Assembly (NCBI GenBank): GCA_045047115.1
Contig: JASFYR010000019.1
Location: 17,578-81,577, forward strand
Reading direction: 5' to 3'
Length of the DNA: 64,000 nt
Origin: Sulfurospirillum sp.
Lineage (GTDB): Bacteria; Campylobacterota; Campylobacteria; Campylobacterales; Sulfurospirillaceae
In this document: piece after piece, positions 50,370 to 57,364 of the stretch
How positions within the stretch are numbered: the stretch's first letter is position 1
Layout: the number at the start of each line of letters is the position of its first letter
Notes under the pieces: generated by a model
The model's input: only the letters and a program-made list of their open reading frames with translations
Told to the model about the DNA's origin: nothing
Database searches by the model: none
Position numbers and translations under genes: made by a program

Positions 50370-51410
50370 TTAGTAAATATCTGTTGTCTTTTTTAACTTT
50401 TCTTTATCGAAGTGGGTATAGATTCTAGATGTATTTATATCAGCATGACCAAGTGATTCTTGCACAAGTATGAGGTCATGACTTTTTTGATAAAGCAAAG
50501 TTGCAAAAGTATGTCTTAGCATGTGAGCGCCATTTTTTTCTTTTTTAATACCGGCGCTCATCAGAATTTTTTCAACAATTCTGCTTATGTATGCCTGGGT
50601 CAGTTTTCTGCCAAATTTATTGCAAAAGAGTAGGTTGTTTTCGCAAACTCTTTTGCCTAAGTAGTTACTTAAATCATGCTCTATTATACCTTTTTTAATC
50701 ATCACAACTCTTGGTTTGTTTCCTTTGCCTCTGACTTGTATGGTATAAAAATCATCTTGGGCATATATATCTTTCAAACAGATTCCCAAAGCTTCACCAA
50801 CTCTAATTCCGGTGTAGAGTATAATTTTTATGAGCAATCTGTTTCTAGAGAGAGTTTTTGGACTGAATTTATAAGCATCTATAGCTTGAATAAATTTTTT
50901 GACTTCATCTTTTTGCATATGAGAGGGCAGTTTTTCTCCACTTTTGCCACCAAGTCCTCCCCAATTTTTCAGCTCAATCAAAAAGCTGAATTTTTCATCA
51001 TTTTGCTTATCTAAGAAGCCAAAAAAGCCCAAGAGTGCTATGCGATAATTTTTCTTTGTTGCATCTGAAAGTGTTGAAGTCTCAATGGCCAAAAATTCAC
51101 TCAAAAACTCTTCATCTGTCTCTTTGAGAGATTTTGCTCCATAATTTGATATATAATTGAAAAGTTTTTCAAGCGGTATAAAATACATATGTATGCCGTT
51201 TATGCCTACATTTCTTATCTTTTTTACCAAATCTTTCAAATCTTTTAAATTCTCTACATGTAGAGTTAGATTTTGAAGATACAGAGCCAGTGCCTCTTTG
51301 TCGTTTACTTGACGGTTAGACAAGGTGGTGACTTTGTACTTGATAAATCGACTGATCCAGAAAAGAAGGGACTTTTCTATGGTATTTTCTATATCAATGG
51401 AGTATTTCAC
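50370..51410 (-). CDS. tyrosine site-specific recombinase (Xer/phage-integrase family; XerH-like size)
   Basis: 346 aa. Catalytic motifs GIRVGEALG (Arg), HMLRHTFAT (HxxR) and GHADINTSRIYTH (His..Tyr), plus an N-terminal SAM-like core-binding domain. Confidence 0.85.
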   Translation of the reverse strand: MKYSIDIENTIEKSLLFWISRFIKYKVTTLSNRQVNDKEALALYLQNLTLHVENLKDLKDLVKKIRNVGINGIHMYFIPLEKLFNYISNYGAKSLKETDEEFLSEFLAIETSTLSDATKKNYRIALLGFFGFLDKQNDEKFSFLIELKNWGGLGGKSGEKLPSHMQKDEVKKFIQAIDAYKFSPKTLSRNRLLIKIILYTGIRVGEALGICLKDIYAQDDFYTIQVRGKGNKPRVVMIKKGIIEHDLSNYLGKRVCENNLLFCNKFGRKLTQAYISRIVEKILMSAGIKKEKNGAHMLRHTFATLLYQKSHDLILVQESLGHADINTSRIYTHFDKEKLKKTTDIY

Positions 51411-51427
51411 AATATAACCTTTTAGTA

Positions 51428-51447
51428 TTGGAAACTATAATTTCCAA
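51428..51447. promoter_or_regulatory. dif/att-like core site: 7-bp inverted arms around a 6-bp spacer
   Basis: TTGGAAA-CTATAA-TTTCCAA begins 17 nt upstream of the recombinase start codon. Confidence 0.45.
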
Positions 51448-51450
51448 ACT
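51432..51450 (+). repeat. 19-bp direct repeat, copy A
   Basis: AAACTATAATTTCCAAACT, identical to 52606-52624. The 14-nt core CTATAATTTCCAAA also occurs at 51685-51698. Confidence 0.9.
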
Positions 51451-51684
51451 ATTATATCATGATAACCTTTTAAAAACTTTACACAAAAAATAAATCTTTG
51501 CATAATCAATTACACGAGCAACAAAAAGACAGAAATAATAATAAAACGCGTAGTAAGAAGAATTTACGGCAAGATTACAACAAATTAGGCTTTTATAATT
51601 TCTTTAAGTAAAATTGCGCTAGCAAAATAAAAGCCCTTAAATGGGCTCCTATGGCTTAAATTATACTTAATTTAGTAAAATATG

Positions 51685-51698
51685 CTATAATTTCCAAA
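51685..51698 (+). repeat. 14-nt core repeat, copy B (doubles as an extended -10 for the small-ORF pair)
   Basis: CTATAATTTCCAAA preceded by TG (TGCTATAAT). The ATG of ORF 51714 lies 16 nt downstream. Confidence 0.8.
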
Positions 51699-51713
51699 AA
51701 TATAGGATGTAGC

Positions 51714-52109
51714 ATGTTATTAACAACTAAAAGTACTTTTATGCCATACTTTGATTTTTTTCAAGTTGCAAACAAAGAGTACGAAAAGAAACCATCATTT
51801 TTAAGCAAAAAAATATTATCTATCATTGCCAATAATTTACATAAGCAATATATTGAAATAGAAAAAATAATCATAGACTTAGATAAGTACAGTGTTGATC
51901 ACTTGAATTTATTGTGTGATGAACTTTATGACAGCCTTGATGAAATCAAGTTATTAAAATCAAAAATCAAAAATAGCAATAGAAATAATTTTGAATATGA
52001 AAATTTATACAACAATGCTGATGATTTGCACAACTTAATTTTAACGCTTATTGAAAAAACAACATCTAAAGAAATACACGAACTTAAAAATAAAAACCAT
52101 GCAGCCTAA
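51714..52109 (+). CDS. hypothetical helical protein (candidate antitoxin partner)
   Basis: 131 aa. Overlaps the start of the downstream RelE/ParE-like ORF by 11 nt. No DNA-binding motif recognised. Confidence 0.4.
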   Translation: MLLTTKSTFMPYFDFFQVANKEYEKKPSFLSKKILSIIANNLHKQYIEIEKIIIDLDKYSVDHLNLLCDELYDSLDEIKLLKSKIKNSNRNNFEYENLYNNADDLHNLILTLIEKTTSKEIHELKNKNHAA

Positions 52110-52398
52110 ATATGAGATTATAAAAACATCAGACTACAAGAGAACCAGTAATAAATATATCAAAAGAAGAATATTAAAGATACAAGAGATAGAAACTTGT
52201 GTACAAAAACTAATAATAGACAAACATGATCCAAAGTTAAATTTTAAGAAGATAAACTGCAAGCAAGATAAAAACCGATATTCAATAAAAATAAACAATC
52301 AAGGATATAGAGTTCTTTTAAGCATAATTGAAAATGAAATATTTTTAAGATGTATATGTGATCACGATGAATATGACAGACGAAACAAAGATTGCTAA
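52099..52398 (+). CDS. RelE/ParE superfamily toxin-like protein
   Basis: Internal ATG at 52099; 99 aa. YEIIKTSDYKRTSNKYIKRR...FKKINCKQDKNRYSIKINNQGYRVLLSIIENEIFLRCICDHDEYDR follows the RelE/ParE pattern (y.i.....f.k..kk ... yRiri.gyRvi..i.d..i.l..i.hR..vY). Confidence 0.5.
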   Translation: MQPKYEIIKTSDYKRTSNKYIKRRILKIQEIETCVQKLIIDKHDPKLNFKKINCKQDKNRYSIKINNQGYRVLLSIIENEIFLRCICDHDEYDRRNKDC

Positions 52399-52605
52399 TA
52401 AATTATTCAAGCTAAAAACGAACCTTGCTACATCACCACAGTAATACTTATCATAGAAAAAATGAAACCATAAGAAGTAAAAATGTTCTTACTGTTATCT
52501 CAATATACTTGTCGCTAGAAATCTATTTGGCTTAGGCAAAGAGAAAATAGAATTTATGAATCACTCATCCCTTCAAATAGGAACCTTTTGCCCAAAAGCG
52601 GTACA

Positions 52606-52624
52606 AAACTATAATTTCCAAACT
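52606..52624 (+). repeat. 19-bp direct repeat, copy C
   Basis: AAACTATAATTTCCAAACT. Lies 17 nt from the sixA stop codon. The left inverted arm of copy A is not conserved here. Confidence 0.9.
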
Positions 52625-52640
52625 TTATAATTATATCGAC

Positions 52641-53183
52641 TTAAAGCTTAAATGTATTTATTGGTGGTGTATTGATCTTGTGTTTTTTGGGATAGTCAAA
52701 AAATAGAATTTTACCCGTTCCCTCTTTAATTTTCTTAAAACTATCTATATCAAATTCTATACAAACGATAGAACAGGTTGGCATATTTGTTAAAATTGCA
52801 CCGCTTAAAATTTCTCCGACTTCTGTAATGGTTGGGTTATGGGCTACAATAAAAACAGAGTCTATGCTCTTTTCAAGTGAGTCAAGTATATAGCGATAGG
52901 TTTGATATGAACTCTCATATAAAGAGTCTATATAGGATATTTTGGATTTCTCATAGCCTATGGTTTGTGCTATCTCTGTGGCAGTTGTCTTTGCTCTTTT
53001 GGCAGGACTTGAAATTATGAGGTCCGGCATGATAGAAAAAAATTTCAATCTTTTTGCCATAAAATCCAAGTCAGCTCTGCCTCTTTTGTTTAGTATTCTC
53101 TCGAAGTCACTTTTGCCCTCTTCTTTCCAGCTTGATTTGGCGTGTCTTATAAGGTATATTTTTTTCATGGTGAAATTATACAC
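52641..53183 (-). CDS. sixA: histidine phosphatase family protein (SixA-like)
   Basis: 180 aa with the IYLIRHAKSSW catalytic RHG-type motif, plus SPAKRAKTTA and VAHNP. Confidence 0.7.
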   Translation of the reverse strand: MYNFTMKKIYLIRHAKSSWKEEGKSDFERILNKRGRADLDFMAKRLKFFSIMPDLIISSPAKRAKTTATEIAQTIGYEKSKISYIDSLYESSYQTYRYILDSLEKSIDSVFIVAHNPTITEVGEILSGAILTNMPTCSIVCIEFDIDSFKKIKEGTGKILFFDYPKKHKINTPPINTFKL

Positions 53184-53184
53184 T

Positions 53185-53466
53185 TTAGTATATAAAATTT
53201 TCCAAAATCCATTTTTTTATCAACCTTCGGTTGACTGCAAAAAACGGAAGTTCAAATCTCAGCATAGTTTCTGCTCTTTTTATGCTGTATTCATCTTCTA
53301 TGTTTAGATCATTTGCAATGCTTTGAAGCATCAAAAGCATCTGTTTGTTTGAGTTTGTATCAAATTTTTCACTCCCCTCCTCTGCAAAAAACTTAGATAT
53401 ATCATATGATGCACTGTCATTTTCATACTCGAACTGCAACATTTTTTCCTCTACATATAAAGCCAT
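53185..53466 (-). CDS. hypothetical protein
   Basis: 93 aa. Ends 1 nt before the sixA-like start, so probably co-transcribed. No family recognised. Confidence 0.4.
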   Translation of the reverse strand: MALYVEEKMLQFEYENDSASYDISKFFAEEGSEKFDTNSNKQMLLMLQSIANDLNIEDEYSIKRAETMLRFELPFFAVNRRLIKKWILENFIY

Positions 53467-53530
53467 TTTTTTACCTTATGATATAATACTTCTAGTTCAA
53501 CAATTATACACAACTATTGCTGAGGAGTCT

Positions 53531-54619
53531 ATGATGTATTTTAAGAAGTGGAAAGACCACAGGGGATACACCCTAGGGGCAGAATTGGAGGCGAGGATTC
53601 AGGATTCACAGAGTTTTGAGCTGAAAAACTACTCATCTGTTATAAGAGAGAGGTTTAGTGACGAATACAGACAAAAGATACATCAAGAGTTTCTTGAATG
53701 TATGGTGGAGTTTGTAAGTCCGGTTTGTGAAAGCTCTTTTGAGGTTATAAGAGAACTTAAAGAGCAGATTTTATATCTCAAAGAGATAATCAAAGATGAT
53801 GGTATTACCATAGCTACTTCAGGTTCACACTCCTATAAAATAGGAGCATTGGAGCATGTAAACGAAAAGAGATATGATGATTTTGCAGATGAATACGGTA
53901 TATTGCTCTCCCGTTTTCATATCTGTGGTTTTCATATACATGTAGCTCTAAAATCCTCAGTAGAAGCTATGAGGGCATACAACTTTTCACTCGAATTTCT
54001 ACCCATTTTTTTAGCTCTTAGTGCAAACTCTCCATACTTTAATGGTGAAGATGCAAGGCTTTTGTCTTATCGTGCAAAGATATTTGAGCAGCTTCCGCGA
54101 GCCGGGCAATCTAGCTATTTTGAAAATTTTTCGCAAATGAAAGAGTTATACGAAAAAATGAATCAAGCAGGCAGTGTAAAAAGTGCCAAAGATATCTGGT
54201 GGGACTTACGAATCAGTCCAAAATTTGGAACTTTGGAGATAAGGATATGTGATGCCAGTAGCGACTTTGAAAGGCTTAGGCTTTTGATTGTCTTATTTCA
54301 GGCGCTATGTCTTTTTGCTCAAAATCAAGAGCTAAGAAGAATTCCACATCAGATTTTACTGCAAAACAGATGGAATGCTTTGAGACACGGACTAGATGGA
54401 CTCTTTCAAAACAATGATGTCATAACTACGGTAAGAGAGCATTTTTTAGATTTAGTAAATCGTATGGAAAAAAGTGGTATATTTTCAAAATTAGAAACCC
54501 AGGATGATATAGCCAAACTCAAAGATTTGGCTTATCGAGATGAGCTGGCAAAAAAACAACTCAAAGTCTATGAAGATACAAAAGATTTCAAAGAAGTGGA
54601 GAAACTAGGGGTATTATGA
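53531..54619 (+). CDS. carboxylate-amine ligase (glutamate--cysteine ligase family 2, YbdK-like)
   Basis: The ATG at 53531 follows GAGGAG. 362 aa. TLGAELEARI, GFHIHV and the LALSANSPYF pattern are typical of GCS2. Confidence 0.8.
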   Translation: MMYFKKWKDHRGYTLGAELEARIQDSQSFELKNYSSVIRERFSDEYRQKIHQEFLECMVEFVSPVCESSFEVIRELKEQILYLKEIIKDDGITIATSGSHSYKIGALEHVNEKRYDDFADEYGILLSRFHICGFHIHVALKSSVEAMRAYNFSLEFLPIFLALSANSPYFNGEDARLLSYRAKIFEQLPRAGQSSYFENFSQMKELYEKMNQAGSVKSAKDIWWDLRISPKFGTLEIRICDASSDFERLRLLIVLFQALCLFAQNQELRRIPHQILLQNRWNALRHGLDGLFQNNDVITTVREHFLDLVNRMEKSGIFSKLETQDDIAKLKDLAYRDELAKKQLKVYEDTKDFKEVEKLGVL

Positions 54620-56148
54620 GCGAAAACAGACTGCAGGGTGTAATAAGCGCAGGTGATATAAATACTGCCAAAGCCGGTGAAGAGATATTGAAAAAAGGTG
54701 GCAATGCCTATGATGCCATGATAGCTTGTCTGTTGGCAGCGCCTCTTTGTGAGCCGATTCTCACCAGCCTTGGCGGAGGCGGCTTTATGCTGAGTCGCAA
54801 AAAAGACGAAGATCCTGTGGTTTATGACTTTTTTGTTGATGTTCCTCCTAAGAGTATAGAAGAGCCGGAGTTTTTCCCTGTAGATGTTGATTTTGGTGCT
54901 ACTGTGCAAGAGTTTCATATAGGATGTGGTGCAGTTGCAGTACCCGGAGTTGTAAAAGGAATATGGCAGATATATGAAGATTTGTCTTCTATGCCTATGG
55001 AAGAGCTCATAAAGCCGGCATATAGATATGCAAGCAAGGGTATCTACATCACTAAAATACAAGCTGATTTTTTAAAGCTTTTAACTCCTATATTTACTTC
55101 AACAAAAGGCTCTCGTGATCTATATGTCAGAGATGGAAGATTGATAGATGAGAGAGATCTTTTTAAAAATGAGGATTATGCCGATTTTTTAAAAAAGTTT
55201 GCAAAAGAGGGCTCGGATATATTTTATAAAGGTGAGGTAGCAAATAGTATAGAGATTTTGTGTGAGAAAAACAGAGGACTTTTAAATGCAAAGATTTTGA
55301 AAAGCTATAAAGTTATAAAAAAAGCCCCCCTAAAGTTCAGATATAGAGATTATGATATTTTTACCAATCCTCCCCCTTCTAGTGGTGGCATTTTGACTGC
55401 TTTTAGCTTGCTTTTACTTGAAAATGAAAAACTGGGTGGATACAGAACCAAAGAGTATTTTAATGAACTTATAGAGGCTCAAAAGATCACAGGGGATTTT
55501 AGAGCTAAGTATGTGGATGAGTTTTTGCATACAAATAATTTAAGAGATGTATTAAAAAATAACAAGCTGTTAGATAGTTTTCGAGATGAATTTAATCATA
55601 GAGTAAATATATGGGGAAACACAACTCATATCAGCATCATAGATAAAGATGGAAATGGAGCCAGTGTGACCACAACAAATGGCGAAGCAAGCGGATATAT
55701 AGTGCCGGGAACCGGCATAATGCTAAACAATATGCTAGGCGAAGAGGATCTGAATCCTCATGGATTTTTTGGATGGGAGTGTGGCATAAGATTGCCTTCG
55801 ATGATGGCACCAACTGCTGTATTAAAAGATGAAAAACTTCTGCTTTTGCTAGGAAGTGCCGGAAGCAATCGTATAAGAAGTGCACTGTTGCAAACCATAC
55901 TAAACTATACACATTTTGATATGTCAGTACAAGATGCTATAGATGAGCCAAGAGTTCACTATGAAGCCAATACAATCTTCACAGAGCCACCTTTGTATAT
56001 AGAGCTAAAAAACTTAAATAATGCATATAAACTAAAGCAGTTTGATGCCTTGAACCTCTTTTTTGGTGGAGTTCAGGCAGTCAGCGGCGATATGGATGCA
56101 GGTGCAGACCCCAGGAGAGGCGCATCTGTGCTGAAAGTAAAACTTTAA
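54616..56148 (+). CDS. ggt: gamma-glutamyltransferase family protein (no signal peptide seen)
   Basis: 510 aa. Autoprocessing and nucleophile region GNTTHISIIDKDGN and C-terminal GADPRRGG-like GADPRRGAS. 4-nt overlap with the GCS2 gene. Confidence 0.85.
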   Translation: MSENRLQGVISAGDINTAKAGEEILKKGGNAYDAMIACLLAAPLCEPILTSLGGGGFMLSRKKDEDPVVYDFFVDVPPKSIEEPEFFPVDVDFGATVQEFHIGCGAVAVPGVVKGIWQIYEDLSSMPMEELIKPAYRYASKGIYITKIQADFLKLLTPIFTSTKGSRDLYVRDGRLIDERDLFKNEDYADFLKKFAKEGSDIFYKGEVANSIEILCEKNRGLLNAKILKSYKVIKKAPLKFRYRDYDIFTNPPPSSGGILTAFSLLLLENEKLGGYRTKEYFNELIEAQKITGDFRAKYVDEFLHTNNLRDVLKNNKLLDSFRDEFNHRVNIWGNTTHISIIDKDGNGASVTTTNGEASGYIVPGTGIMLNNMLGEEDLNPHGFFGWECGIRLPSMMAPTAVLKDEKLLLLLGSAGSNRIRSALLQTILNYTHFDMSVQDAIDEPRVHYEANTIFTEPPLYIELKNLNNAYKLKQFDALNLFFGGVQAVSGDMDAGADPRRGASVLKVKL

Positions 56149-56200
56149 TATAAGTAAATTCTAATGGTTATTATTATTTTACCATATAATAAGTTAAATT

Positions 56201-57280
56201 TTGATACCATGCAACATTAAAATTTTAAAAAAGAATAAATCAGTGACTATTTTGAAACTATTATTTACCGTTTTTTTATCTTATATCCTTGTAAAAAACT
56301 TGATTCGTTTTGCATACATTTTAAATTTTTTAGATATACCAAATGAGCGAAGCTATCATGTTGATGCTACACCCAGAGCCGGCGGTATAGGTTTCGTACT
56401 TTCTTTTTTTATTTCTATTCTACTCTTTAATTTTTCTTTATTTGTGGAAAACTGGTATCTGTTTGTATCTGTTTTTATGGTGTTTTTGGTTGGGGTTGTT
56501 GACGACAAGTATGAAGTATCTGCAAAATTAAAATTTATCGTTATCTTTTTTGCTGTTTTTTTACTTTGGTTTTACGGTCTGAGTATAGATACTATAGGAT
56601 ATTGGTTTGGACAACAAATCAATCTTGTTTGGTGGATAGCACTTCCTTTCAGTATGTTTGCACTAGCTGGTTTTACAAACGCTCTAAATCTTGTAGACGG
56701 TTTGGACGGTTTGGCTTCTTGTATATCTATTGTTATTATCATCTTTTTTGGACTCATAGGTTTAGACCATCAAGACGCACTTATGATTGATATCTCCTTT
56801 TATACCATTGCTTCTCTTGCGGGGTTTTTGTTTTTAAATTGGAATCCTGCCAAGATTTTTATGGGAGACAGCGGGAGTTTGACTCTTGGTTTCATCATAA
56901 GTGTACTTGCTGTTTTGAGTCTAAAGTATATCCACCCTGTATTTATTCTGTATCTTGCGGCTTTGCCTATTTTAGACACTCTTATAGTGATGCTAAGGCG
57001 TATCCGAAGAGGAAAGTCTCCATTTTCTCCGGATAAGACTCATATACACCATATACTTGTAAAGTTTTTTGAAAATGACATTAAGAGGACAGTAGCTTTT
57101 TTGGTTGTTTTACAGACGATATTTAGCAGTATCGGTTATATGTTGCTAGAGATAGAGATTAGTGAAAGAGGTAATGTTATTCCATTTTTTGCATTGCTTA
57201 TATTTTTGATGATGTTTTTGTTGTTTTATATGATATTTACCGGTATGAAAAAACGACAAAAGTTATTAGATATAAGATAG
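56201..57280 (+). CDS. undecaprenyl-phosphate sugar-1-phosphate transferase (MraY/WecA glycosyltransferase family 4)
   Basis: About 350 aa polytopic protein with NALNLVDGLDGLA and MGDSGS motifs. Start uncertain (TTG at 56201). Confidence 0.8.
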   Translation: MIPCNIKILKKNKSVTILKLLFTVFLSYILVKNLIRFAYILNFLDIPNERSYHVDATPRAGGIGFVLSFFISILLFNFSLFVENWYLFVSVFMVFLVGVVDDKYEVSAKLKFIVIFFAVFLLWFYGLSIDTIGYWFGQQINLVWWIALPFSMFALAGFTNALNLVDGLDGLASCISIVIIIFFGLIGLDHQDALMIDISFYTIASLAGFLFLNWNPAKIFMGDSGSLTLGFIISVLAVLSLKYIHPVFILYLAALPILDTLIVMLRRIRRGKSPFSPDKTHIHHILVKFFENDIKRTVAFLVVLQTIFSSIGYMLLEIEISERGNVIPFFALLIFLMMFLLFYMIFTGMKKRQKLLDIR

Positions 57281-57364
57281 CGTTGAATTTGGTGTCTCTA
57301 ATATAAATTTATGTAAATATTAGATATTATATTGTCTTATTTTATTTTTAAAGAAGGTGTTTGT

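Larger units (their letters stand above)
50324..52624. mobile_element. candidate recombinase-associated islet (recombinase plus a repeat-bounded two-gene module)
   Basis: A recombinase gene with an adjacent palindromic site, and 19-bp perfect direct repeats at 51432-51450 and 52606-52624 flanking two small ORFs. Boundaries and mobility are not proven. Confidence 0.35.

Noticed and set aside
51450-51713. Possible small RNA in the 260-nt ORF-free stretch between repeat copy A and the small-ORF pair. It contains an AGCCC-TTAAAT-GGGCT hairpin.
   Set aside because: The stem is only 5 bp with no T-tail, and there is no independent promoter evidence other than the repeat's TATAAT. This is insufficient to call an ncRNA.
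53236-53256. tRNA T-arm-like string GGAAGTTCAAATCTC.
   Set aside because: There is no acceptor, D or anticodon arm around it, and it lies inside a coding ORF. I could fold no tRNA, rRNA, tmRNA or RNase P-like sequence anywhere in the window by eye.
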